Assembly (NCBI RefSeq): GCF_022045235.1 | Contig: NW_027266319.1 | Coordinates: 26,598,001 to 26,662,000, forward strand | Source: Haliotis cracherodii | Lineage: Eukaryota | Length of the DNA: 64,000 nucleotides | Reading direction: 5' to 3' | In this document: one piece after another, positions 27,063-38,910 of the stretch | How positions within the stretch are numbered: position 1 is the first letter of the stretch | Layout: each line of letters starts with the position of its first letter | Notes under the pieces: model-generated | Databases searched by the model: none | What the model saw: the letters and a program-made list of their open reading frames with translations, nothing else | What the model was told of the DNA's origin: nothing | Position numbers and translations under genes: made by a program

Positions 27063-27290
27063 GCTGGCATATGATTGGCTCCTACGCATCCTTCATTTAG
27101 ATTGGTCGGACAAATGTAGGGTATATCTTCAATAATGCACGTTTTAGAATTCACAAATGAAATACGTGACGACCGTGTTACCAAAGGTCACAACTGTTTG
27201 AGGTGAATGCTTTACGAAAACAACCGAGAGCGAGGTCGGAAACACCCGGATTCATAGCTATATAAGTTTACGTTCGAGTGAATTAGTCGA
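27063..27290 (+). promoter_or_regulatory. Predicted promoter of the multicopper oxidase gene
   Basis: Two ATTGG (reverse CCAAT) boxes near 27074 and 27101, TATATAAG at 27259-27266, initiator-like TTAGTC at 27283-27288; block conserved at 49920-49980 and 50835-50985. Confidence 0.6.
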
Positions 27291-27324
27291 TACCCGTTCA
27301 AGGTGTTTCTTGCCACAGGTCTGC

Positions 27325-27344
27325 ATGAGGCTAGCCTTGATTAG
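27325..27344 (+). CDS. Multicopper oxidase coding exon 1 (MRLALIR, phase-2 junction)
   Basis: ATG...ATTAG|GTAAGG donor; joins in frame to acceptor tttgcag|G-ATG at 29379; conserved with a synonymous change at 51030-51049. Confidence 0.7.
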
Positions 27345-27944
27345 GTAAGGCGTTATTCATATTTTATGACTCTCCACTTTATATTAAAATATCATGAAAC
27401 TATTATCACGGGTGTGACACGCTATGCATGTCTGTTAAATGTCTGAACTCTCAAAAGAGATTATATAAGTTGAAAAGATGCCCAATTTATACATGTCAAG
27501 TGTTGTTCGTGACCGTGTATAATTTTCTATTTCCTGTCGGCAAATGTCAGAGGACTCACTGCCAATTTCATCTCAGCGAAACTAAGCGGATTAAATTAGA
27601 CATAATCACTTTTAAATGTCAGCGTTCGTTACCGTGTACAGATCAGGTCTCCCCATGTTCAATCTAGCACCCCATGTAACGATGCAAGACTCACACGTTT
27701 AAATCTAATCACAGGTTCATCATGGGTATGTGGTCGGCATTTCGATTTGTCATAAATAGCTCTACACCTTAGACACTATTAAACAGAACCGACCAAATGT
27801 CAATTTTCCTAGTCACCATTAACTTAGCTTGGTTTACTCGTATGTTTTTATGTTAATATTGTACCATGTTCTTTGTAAGTCCTGGCCGTACAATGTAAAA
27901 TATCCCAAATTTAATGTGAAACACCTGAAAAATCGTTATTTTAC

Positions 27945-28560
27945 TTGACGTTTCACCTGACATTTCACTTCACGTTTCACCTTACATTTAACCTACCATT
28001 TCACCAGACATTTCACCCGAAATTTCGCAAGACTTTTCATCTGACATTTTACCAGACATTTTACCTGACATTTCACCTGATATTTCACCTGAAATTTCAC
28101 CCGAAATTTCGCAAGATTTTTCACCTGACTTTTCATATGACATTTCACCTGATATTTCACCTGACATTTTACATGAATTTTCTCCAGATATTTCACTTGA
28201 CGTTTAACCTTAAATTTCACCTGAAAATTCACCAGATATTTCACTTAACGATTCACCTAACAATTCACCAGATATTTCACCCGACATTTCAGCAGACATT
28301 TTACATGACATTTCCCAATATATTTCACCAGATTTTTTACCTGACATTTCACCAGACCTTCACCTAACATTTCACCAGATATTTCACCTAACAACTTCAC
28401 CAGACATTTCACTTGACATTTTACTTGAAATTTCACAAGTTATTTCAACTAACATTTCAGCAGACATTTCCCCAGAAGTTCTCCTGACATTTCACCTGAA
28501 ATTTCTCCAGACATTTCACCAGATATTTCACCTAACATTCCATCTGACATTTCACCATTA
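27945..28560. repeat. 12-bp minisatellite (AGACATTTCACC)n, degenerate, in intron 1
   Basis: Reverse complement of the 14285-16000 unit. Confidence 0.92.
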
Positions 28561-29378
28561 CTTGACATAGTCTGACATGTTATATTTCGTTTTAATTTGT
28601 GAAAAAGGATTTGAAAATCTTGGATCAGTTTTCATCCTAATTAAACCCCAGTACAGTATCAATCTTCAAATATTATCGACTTTAATTATGCCTGCGTCCA
28701 CAACACGGTGAATGGTCAAGAATCGTCCTGATCCTAATTCGAAACAGCTTCGACCAATACTATACGTTTCATTCTGATATGGATGGGAAGCCTAATGTGA
28801 TGCATGTTTTCCAAGACGTTTACCATGTTCATACCCACAAGCACAGGCATGGTGCTGACAAGCCAGTAACATGGAGAACCTCAGAATGAATCCTTAAACT
28901 CAGCTAATTACGGCACCTTAGGCGACTTGCCCTCTAACACTTCAAGCCAGACACTTGAATCCTACTATTAACAAGAACGTTTACAACTGAATCCACGTGA
29001 CGAACTTAGAGATTATCTCTCGCTAGCTGACATATTTTGCTATGAATATGCCGGATTTCTTTTGAACAGATACATATCGAATTAAGGGATAAATAGAAAA
29101 ATATACTCAAATATGTGATTTACTGGTATCTGTCTCCTGTGAAGACTGTCCTTCGTCCCCGCCAACGCTCGGGATTTTTCCGCAATTCCCTGTATGGTGC
29201 TGGCTACTCTTATATTGCCGTTTGTTATTGTTTACACCAGTCCATGGCAACTAGTGGATAACTGTATGAGAAAGACATGCATTGTCAAGTGTCTTTTTGT
29301 TTAACGTGAAATGTGTTTTATACTCGGTGTGTCTATTTTTAAGAGGTCTTGACTGGTATGGTCCCCGTTGTTTTGCAG

Positions 29379-31345
29379 GATGAGGTGTGTCCGAGCAGTC
29401 ACGTGTCTTCTGCTGTCAATCATTTCAGCGAGGGGCGTGGTTTCAGAATGCCTGATGACAGATGACGAGTGCGTATTTCACCTCACCATTAAACACCGCC
29501 TGACCATGATGAAAGACAACATGGCTGTTTTCCCTTCTGGTCGGAAATTGTATAAGTATGACGTCACTAACACGTCAGAAGCAACCCCTATGACACCGGA
29601 TGGAATAATCCAAGCCGACGGCTATGAGCCACAGCGCTTGGTCACAGTTGCTAACGGCACCATGCCTGGACCCGCCATTGTCGTCTATGAAGATCAAACG
29701 GTCATTGTCCATGTTAAAAATGAGCTTTATAACGAGGGCGTATCAATGCATTGGCACGGTCTTCATCAAAAAGGCACCCCGTTTATGGACGGAGTATCGT
29801 TCATTACCCAGTGTCCAATTCTTCCGGGTCAGTCGTTCACCTACAAGTTCAAGGCTAAACCCAAGGGCACCTTCTGGTATCATTCTCACAATGCCAATCA
29901 GAGGACCATGGGCCTTCAAGGTCCGCTGATTATCAAAGAGAAGAAAGCATCGACGATGGATGAAATGATAATGGTGCTACAAGACTGGAACCACGACGAC
30001 TCAACGACCGTGCACTTAAAGATGGATTTCGGTGGATTCGAGGAACGAAAACCTCTTAATACAACAGATGCTCTCGATGGCTCCCATTTCAGCCGGTATT
30101 TCATGACAAGTGGTCTTATCAACGGCAAGGGCCGTCTCTATGATAAGTTCGGGCGTCATAATGACGCACCGCTATCTATTTTCACAGTGAGACCAAATCA
30201 ACTGTACAGGTTCCGGGTCATCGCCGCTGGCCACCTCTACCCATTCCGGGTGTCCGTGCACGGTCACGAACTGACCATTGTGGCGTCCGACGGGTATGAC
30301 CTGCGTCCAGAAGTCGCAGAGTCCTTCATCATCAACCCTGGTGAGAGAATCGACTTCATCCTTAACACCACGAACGTAGTGGACAACTACTGGATTCGGG
30401 CACAGACTCTCGAGGAAGGTGTGGACCACAAAGCTGAAGCCATCCTCAGATACGAAGGAGCGCCTGATGCAGAACCAACTTCATTCAGGAGAACATGCTC
30501 GGAAGCTGATCCGTGTCGCGTCATCAACAGCCCTTTCACTTACTACCCAATAGTTAACACTGAAACAGTCAGGTTCGACCAACTCAAATCTTTGTCTAAT
30601 GATGACCCTGCTCCTCCGGTGACCTCTGGGAAGTTCAAAGAACACTTCCTCAACTTTGCTTTCCCCGGCTATACACATTACCCAGGTCAAGTCAATGGAC
30701 ATAAATTCAAGATGCCTCATGTCGCGGGTCTGACCCAAATGAATGAGATTGATACATCATGCGACAAAGTAGACTGCGGGTTTAACAAGACCTGTCACTG
30801 TACATACACCCTCAACCTTACGTACGGAGACACTGTTCAGATGGTCTTTCTCAACATGGGCAACGGGAAGGGTTGGTCTCATCCGATTCATCTCCACGGC
30901 CATTCCTTCTACGTGCTTAAGATGGGCTATGCCATACAAAATAGCTCCACTTATCAAATCGAAGGAAGTAACATGGACATAAGCTGTAACGGGGATCCTT
31001 TTTGTAATGCTCCTACATTTGAAAACTCATCGTGGACGGGGGATAACATACCTGGCCTGGAGCTGAAGAACCCACCGCGGAAGGATACCATTATAGTGCC
31101 AACTGGTGGTTATGTGGTTGTGAGAATCCGCGCTGACAACCCTGGGCTGTGGTTCATGCATTGCCACATTGAGATGCACAACGCTGACGGGATGGCGATG
31201 ATGATCAACGAGGCTCAGGACAAACATCCTGCTCCGCCAAAGAACTGGCCCCGATGCTCGGGATTTGGTCCGGAAGTGATATATGAGCCAAAGACAGATG
31301 GATCAGACAAAAACAATGAAGCAGACAAGACAAAATCCAACCTAA
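29379..31345 (+). CDS. Laccase-like multicopper oxidase, main exon (signal peptide plus three cupredoxin domains)
   Basis: Uninterrupted ORF with all four copper motifs: HWHG, WYHSH, HPIHLHGH, WFMHCHIEMHNADGM (Met as T1 axial ligand); signal peptide MRCVRAVTCLLLSIISARGVVS; donor CTAA|GTAAGT at 31346. Confidence 0.96.
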
Positions 31346-31639
31346 GTAAGTTCAGATCACGTCCCTACCAGATGAATCAGCTCACTTTTAACATAAGACT
31401 AAGAAGTTCTTGCCCTGATGTTGCCTTAAGTCCAAACTTCCACAGTGTCTAAGCACAAACTCATTTTTTAAAGTTTTTGAGAATATTGTTTATTATTGTC
31501 CCGAATTCTGAAATATGCTGTTATTAAACTAGAATTTGACCTTCGGTACTGCTCTGGTATGCGAAGCAAACCTTTACGTATTATTCAGGGATAGATTCAG
31601 TGGGGAACCAGCATGGCGTGTTATGATTTAAATTGAGCA

Positions 31640-33525
31640 TCAGCATATCGTGTTCTGTATTTCAGTGGTGTATCAGTATGACGTGTTCTGTGTTTCAGTG
31701 GTGTATCCGCGTGGCGTTTTCTGTGTTCCAGTGGTGTATCAGTATAACGTGTTCTGTGTTTCAGTGATGCAGTATGGCGTGTTCTGTATTTCAGTGATAC
31801 AGTATGACAAGTTCTGTGTTTCAGTGGTACAGTATGACGTGTTCTGTGTTTCAGTGGTGTATCAGTATGACGTATTCTGTGTTTCAGTGGTGTATCAGTA
31901 TGACGTGTTCTGTGTTGCAGTCGTGTAACAGCGTGGCGTTTTCGATGTTTCAGTGGTGTATCAGTATGACGTGTTCTGTGTTTCAGTGGTGTATCAGCGT
32001 GGCGTTTTCGATGTTTCAGTGGTGTATCAGTATGACGTGTTCTATGTTTCAGTGGTGTATCAGTATGACGTGTTCTGTGTTTCAGTGGTGTATCAGTATG
32101 ACGTATTCTGTGTTTCAGTGGTGTATCAGTATGACGTTTTCTGTGTTTCAGTGGTGTATCAGTATGACGTGTTCTGTGTTTCAGTGGTGTATCAGCGTGG
32201 CGTTTTCGATGTTTCAGTAGTGTATCAGTATGACGTGTTCTATGTTTCAGTGGTGTATCAGTATGACGTGTTCTGTGTTTCAGTGGTGTATCAGTATGAC
32301 GTATTCTGTGTTTCAGTGGTGTATCAGTATGACGTGTTCTGTGTTGCAGTCGTGTAACAGCGTGGCGTTTTCTGTGTTTCAGTGGTGTATCAGTATGACG
32401 TATTCTGTGTTTCAGTGGTGTATCAGTATGACGTGTTCTGTGTTGCAGTCGTGTAACAGCGTGGCGTTTTCGATGTTTCAGTGGTGTATCAGTATGACGT
32501 GTTCTGTGTTTCAGTGGTGTATCAGCGTGGCGTTTTCGATGTTTCAGTGATGTATCAGTATGACGTGTTCTATGTTTCAGTGGTGTATCAGTATGACGTG
32601 TTCTGTGTTTCAGTGGTGTATCAGTATGACGTATTCTGTGTTTCAGTGGTGTATCAGTATGACGTGTTCTGTGTTTCAGTGGTGTATCAGTATGACGTGT
32701 TCTGTGTTTCAGTGGTGTATCAGCGTGGCGTTTTCGATGTTTCAGTGGTGTATCAGTATGACGTGTTCTATGTTTCAGTGGTGTATCAGTATGACGTGTT
32801 CTGTGTTTCAGTGGTGTATCAGTATGACGTATTCTGTGTTTCAGTGGTGTATCAGTATGACGTGTTCTGTGTTTCAGTGGTGTATCAGCGAGGCGTTTTC
32901 TGTGTTTCAGTGGTGTATCAGTATGACGTGTTCTGTGTTGCAGTCGTGTAACAGTATGACGTGTTCTGTGTTTCAGTGGTGTATCAGTATGACGTGTTCT
33001 GTGTTTCAGTGGTGTATCAGTATGACGTGTTCTGTGTTTCTGTGGTGTATCAGTATGACGTGTTCTGTGTTTCAGTGGTGTATCAGTATGACGTGTTCTG
33101 TGTTGCAGTCGTGTAACAGTATGACGTGTTCTGTGTTTCAGTGGTGTATCAGTATGACGTGTTCTGTGTTTCAGTCGTGTAACAGTATGACGTGTTTGAG
33201 TTTCAGTGGTGTATCAGTCAGACGTGTTCTGTGTTTCAGTGATGTATCAGTATGACGTATTCTATGTTTCAGTGGTGTATCAGTATGACGTGTTCTGTGT
33301 TTCAGTGGTGTATCAGTATGACGTGTTCTGTGTTTCAGTGGTGTATCAGTATGACGTGTTCTGTGTTTCAGCGGTGAATCAGTATGACGTGTTCTGTGTT
33401 TCAGTGGTGTATCAGTATGACGTGTTCTGTGTTTCAGTGGTGTATCAGTATGACGTGTTCTGTGTTTCTGTGGTGTATCAACATGTCATATTCTATGTTT
33501 CAGTGGTACAGCATGACGTGTTCTG
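31640..33525 (+). repeat. 33-bp minisatellite (~56 units) filling intron 2; each unit is a splice acceptor plus the exon 3 start
   Basis: Unit tggtgtatcagtatgacgtgttctgtgtttcag compared with the real junction ttctatgtttcag|tggtacagcatgacgtgttctgg; 528-bp (16-unit) block repeated at 31921 and 32449. Confidence 0.96.
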
Positions 33526-33709
33526 GACTGTGGTTGGCTGCCTGATCGGGGTGTGCGCCCTGCAGTTCCTCATCCTGCTGTGCATGTGCTGCCGGCGATG
33601 CGAGGGGTCGGGCCGGGAGAAATACAGCATGGACAACACCCCTGACCCCAAAGTAAACCACGCCTTTGATAATATAGAGGGCGACCTGAACAGTAAACAA
33701 AAATTTTGA
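33504..33709 (+). CDS. Multicopper oxidase terminal exon: transmembrane helix and cytoplasmic tail
   Basis: Phase-1 junction A|TG gives MVQHDVFWTVVGCLIGVCALQFLILLCMCCRRCEG...NHAFDN...QKF*; hydrophobic span followed by Cys cluster and RR; total spliced CDS 2193 nt = 730 aa. Confidence 0.85.
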
Positions 33710-34084
33710 TTCATATTGACAGAGATTTGAATATTTATGCAATGTTGAATTTAATGAAACCATCTGTACATTATTAATTAATTTTAAAAACTTTTTAAGA
33801 AATCATTGACGAATCAACGACATTATCATATTGGTCAGTCGGGAGTTAATCAAGGACCAGTACTGTGCATGGAGGCTAAATGTCACTGGTGTGGCGGCAT
33901 TGGCTGTGTGAAAACCTGCAATTAGTTTGTTGATTGGGATCAGTTGATCAAAGATTTGATGTAAGTGGCCATTTCCTTCCGTATTATTGCAATTATTTTT
34001 AATATTCGAATGTAATATTAATTGTTGTTGACTCTAGCTACATGCAGTAAAACTGCTGCTCTAAGGAGGGTCCACATAAACTTA

Positions 34085-34172
34085 AGGGGCATTCACACAG
34101 TACAACTAGTTGTATACAATTTGTTGCATGCAACAAATTGTATACAACTAGTTGTACCGTGTGAATGCCCCT
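34085..34172. mobile_element. 88-bp fully palindromic MITE (PIF/Harbinger-like)
   Basis: AGGGGCATTCACAC...GTGTGAATGCCCCT, one mismatch, no loop, TTA on both sides. Confidence 0.8.
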
Positions 34173-34906
34173 TTAGATGGAAAACTCCAACATTCTGCCA
34201 CTTGAATCTCTATCACACGATGTGCGTACTGTAAAATTGGTCAAGCCGTGTTCACGTGTCTGGAATAGTGGAGTGAGTCATTGCAGTAGAACAGAAGACG
34301 AGCGTGTGGATCAATCAATCCATCGTCAGTACTTCACGGTATACACTTGATCATGAGCCAATACACATACGGCCTGGTTCTTGAGAGAGGGATACCTGAG
34401 TGTGGCCAATCGGCGCTCAGATTACACCGGCATTATTATATTGTGCCGCAGTCATCTACTCCACACATTGTTTCAATATCAGGCTATGGTAGGGCTCGCT
34501 CACAGTTCGTGCACGGAGTATCGCTCAATTGACTTTTGTGAGTTATACAAGACCACGTTTCACGAGCTGACTCAATACAGACACGCGCATTGCAGTCGTG
34601 TGTATTCACGGCTGATGGAGTTCTGACTTCCTTGGTCCTTGTGCACTTTGTATATTTACCTGTATAAAAATCACTTATTTTTTTATAAAACCATTTTACA
34701 GAACACATGATTCCTGTTTGTGATTTACCCAAGGAAGACATTAACTGTTGTTATGGCAACGCCCTTATATTATCTCGACTATGTGCTTCAGTGGTTAGCC
34801 CGATGCTCCACTGTAACTTGTTTGTACGAAGGGAACGGATGGCAGAGTTGTGTCCCTTGTATGCGAATAGTTGCGCCCTTTAGCTTGATGGGTCACTAAA
34901 CATTGG

Positions 34907-35160
34907 GACCAGTAAAGATCCGGGTTAGAATTGGCCTTCAGCAACTCATGCTTGCCGTAAAAAGCGACTATGCTTGTCGTAAGAGGCGACTAAGGGGGGT
35001 CGGGGGCTCAGGCTCGCTGACTTCGCTGATGCATGTCATCGTATCCCAATGCGTGGATCGATGCTCATGGTGTCAGTCACTGGATTGTCGGGTCCAGAGT
35101 CCAGACCGCCGCCGTCATATAGCTGGAATATTGCTGAGTGTGACGTAAACAACAACAACC
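34907..35160 (+). mobile_element. SINE family B
   Basis: Head gaccagtaaagatccggg..., duplicated atgcttg..gcgact module, AAC tail. Confidence 0.8.
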
Positions 35161-36334
35161 TAACATTGGGTTCTACGTGACAATGTTTGGCCTGAAAGTA
35201 TTTTCCGCGTGATGATTCAAGGTAAGTCTTGGACCCCAGGACGGCGTGGATCGTTCCTCACAACATCAATCACTGGATTATTAACAGACTGTCGTCATAT
35301 ATCAGGAATGTTGCCGAGTGCGGCGTTAGACAATTAAACAAAAGTGACATTTTCCATATTCAAAAGAAATCTCTGCCAAAAGCAGAGTCGACTGTACAAT
35401 TTCGACTATATCATGAGCATGTGTTTATGAATCACTATCAAACAGTGATGATACCAGGAGCGGGCGAGAAGGTGAGTGTATCCGGCACCCGTCACAAACA
35501 CATACAACGGCAAGTCAATTGTTTACCTGAAAAACCACGGGAACATTTGGTACAAGTCAAATTAGGGAATTGCATCGGACATCATTCTTGTCACTGATGT
35601 CAAATTTGGAAGGTTCTCGACATATCTACCATAAAACGTTTTGAAACTTAACTGAGGCCTTGGATGTTGTAACCTTTATCAAACAGCTTTTGGACAAGAG
35701 TCGTATGACGTTCCTTGAAATCTTGGTTGAAAGAGCATGCTCGATTTTACTTGAAAAGTTGTGAAATGTAGACACCAAGTGCTGGAACTGCAAGAATGTT
35801 GTTCGACATAATGGGGAGTCAACTATTAAACAAGAGGCGCTGTGTTCTTTATCGAATCTAGAGTGAGATTCGAGCTCCATACATCGATCCTATAACTACT
35901 TTTAGGGGATACGTGCAACATTTGATGCGACCGATCTGTGATCACAGTTTTTTCAAACGAGTTTGACAATTTCAATATGTCCATGAGAGAGGTGGTTTGC
36001 GAAAACCGCTGTTTGATTGGCATTTTTTAAAGTTGGTAAGTAACAGTTAAGATAACTAGCAGAAGCAGTTCAATTCCACCGGCACAAGTCCTCAATCAAC
36101 AAGGATTCATCGTCCCATCTGCCTACAATGAAACATAAAACAATAGAACATTGCAGCTATAATCATCTCTAATTAATCCCATCAACACTATATTCGTACC
36201 CCGACATGTACAGTTGGCTTCTTTCTGTTGTCACCATATAAATCAACAATATCCTTTGACGTTGTTAATCCCTTTCATGCATACCCTTATGCTGTTTTTG
36301 TTCATCCTTATTAGATGTATATAAGTCTATACTG

Positions 36335-36670
36335 TGGTCCGCCTACGTGGTCTAGTGGTAGAGCGTCCGCCCGGAGAGCGGTCCGGCGTCCGGGGTCGAT
36401 CCCGGGCTGCGTCATACCAAAAGACGTAAAAAGATGATACTTGTTGTTACCCTGTCTGGCGCTCGGCATTAAGGGGCTAAAAAGGACTGGTTGTATCGGA
36501 GTCAGTATACTATGTCTGAGTGGGGTATTTATGTCAAACTGCGGCATGGTATCTCAGTGTGCTAGCACATCGACATCTGTCCGGACAAGCAGCCATACAC
36601 ACACATACTTATGCACACGTGCATACACGTCGATATATAAGTGCAATAATCTTGGACGCGACGTTAAACC
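36335..36670 (+). mobile_element. tRNA-derived SINE family C with a Meta-like central domain
   Basis: A and B boxes followed by gtcataccaaaagacg...gatacttg...cctgtctggcgctcggca; only its 3' end survives in the left arm (~7030-7090). Confidence 0.7.
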
Positions 36671-36759
36671 CCATTTCACCTCACCTATACTACACCCCGC
36701 TTGACAAATAGACGTTGTCTGAAGCGCTCGTAAAACATCACGAACTCTCTCTCGCTTAT

Positions 36760-37319
36760 GACCCTGTCACACTACAACGTAAAGCAGTAATGTATGGCGA
36801 CGTATGAAAAGTTTTGACAAGACGCCGGCAACGCTGAAACACGCTATGGATAAGTTAGGTGTAAGTTGCATACGTTAAAGGCACGCTGGTATACGTTGTA
36901 GTACGCCGAGGCTTAAAAACATTTTTGTGCATGCACAAAATATTCGGTGTATGGGAACGAATAGAGGTATGAATTATACGCTTGGCACGCTCGACATTTA
37001 CATGTTACCCATACGGTCCGTATTAGGCACCTTTCCCATACGCTGAGCGCGCTAGTCATACGTTACTCATACGCTGGGCATACGCTGGCCATACGTTGAA
37101 CACGCCAGACACACGCGGGCAATACACTTTTATACGCTTATCATAATTTATGTATAAGTCAACTAATACGTTAGACATGCGTTGCATATATGGTGGACTC
37201 GTTATGTATACGCTATGGATACGCCAAAATCATACGAAAGCTCGACGTATTACTGCATACTAACTGTCTTTTGCACGGTAGGTGCACGCTACTCTGAAAC
37301 GTTGTATTATGACAGGGCC
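36760..37319. mobile_element. MITE with TIRs ccctgtca(c/t)actacaacgt
   Basis: Inverted ends at 36762 and 37317; partly deleted mirror copy at 6744-6985. Confidence 0.65.
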
Positions 37320-37836
37320 TTTACTTCACTCTAGCCTGACAACGGTATAAGAATAAGTTTATTCGGTATCCAATTCCATACACACAAGATGAAACTTTTG
37401 CACATGAACAGGTGGGACAAATGTTATGCTATCTCAATACAATATTTTAAAACATATAAACAAGCAAATTTCTTTTGAAATATACAGCAGTACTTTACTG
37501 AGCTAAATATTTTGTGTTGTTGATAAGCTGAGGGGCAAAAGAAACGCAACCAAATAAATAATGGTAATCGGTTTTCAACAAATTTGCCAAATAGCACGAA
37601 AACAGTTGGTAACACATAGCTAGAATGCAGCTTTCCTATTCCCCGTATACATGTGCACGTGCTTCACGTGATTTGCGTGAAAAGTGAATTTAATCACTAA
37701 AAATTGCAAAATGTGCACAGAGTCACCCGTTTGAAATTCTGGTATAAAACATCAGCAGGATTGTACTCTCACATCACACGAAACCGTTTAAAACAACGAA
37801 GTGCCTCGACTAACCGCAGAGCAGAGGGAGAGAGCC

Positions 37837-38910
37837 ATCGGTATGTTGCAAATGGGAGCGACGCAGGAGCACGTTGCCAGGATCATGGGCTGCTTCAATT
37901 GCACCATCGCCAGACTTGTCACACGTCACAGACAAACTGACAGTACTAGACAGGCCGGGGAGTGAAAGACCCTAGGTCACGATTCCACAGGAAGACCGGT
38001 ATTTACGGGTGCTTCATCTAAGGTCCAGATTCCTAACTGTGACGTCATCATCCGCAAACAGCCTTGGACATCCAGTCAGCAGAAGGACCGTTGCTAGACG
38101 ACACCGCCTGTATGGTCTCCGTGCATATCGACCTTTCAAGGGTATGACGTTAACGTTTCTACACCGACGTCACAGATTGAGATGGGACAGGACTGTACAG
38201 CAGTGGCAGCAGAGACTTTGGCGAAGAGTGCTCTTCAGCGACGAGAGTAGCTGCCATCTCTTCAAGTCTGATGGACGGGTTCGAATCTACTAACTACGTG
38301 GAGAACGGACGGCACGTTGTTGCGTCCAAGAAGTGGAGCCTTATGGAGGTGGTAGTGTCATGGTCCGGGTGGAATCTGCGGGGGCCAGAAGACAGATCTG
38401 GTCATCATCAACGGAAATATCACTGCACGTCGTTACATTGATGAGGTTTTGCGTCTGTGTTACTGCCTTTCCTGCAACGACACCCACGGACGCTGTTCAG
38501 CAGGACAGCGCCTTTCTGAACGCCAACAACGTCAACGTATTACAGTAGCCTGCCAGATCACCGGACCTATCGCCCACAGAGCACCTCTGGAACCAACTTG
38601 GACGCAGGATTCGGAAAAGTCAACAGGCGCCATTGACGAGGGATGTCTTGGCAATTGCCCTACAGGAAGAGTGGCGTGGGATCCCTAATCAGGATTTAAG
38701 GAGACTCGTGTACTCAGTTCGACGTCGTATTTAGGCCTGCATCGTTGCTGGAGAGGGGCACATCCGGTACTGAGCCATGTGTGTAGCATGGCTCTTTAAA
38801 ATACATCGACGTCGATTCTACGGGTGTGATCGAATACTGGACAGTGCACCCAGCATGAAAAACGTGTCTGCAGAACTTTAAGTACATGTTTTTTTTGCTC
38901 GGGATAGATA
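37837..38910 (+). mobile_element. Tc1 transposon remnant, heavily frameshifted
   Basis: WRRVLFSDES...DGRVRIY, YGGGSVMV, PARSPDLSPTEHLWNQL, GEGHIRY*. Confidence 0.88.

Noticed and set aside
29368-29378. ORF-track start (TTG) of the 694-aa protein
   Set aside because: Lies in the pyrimidine tract of a splice acceptor; the real starts are the ATGs at 27325 or 29380
31650-33255. Stand-alone ORFs in the 33-bp array
   Set aside because: Arise from a repeat whose length is a multiple of three; only meaningful if spliced to exon 2 (see findings)
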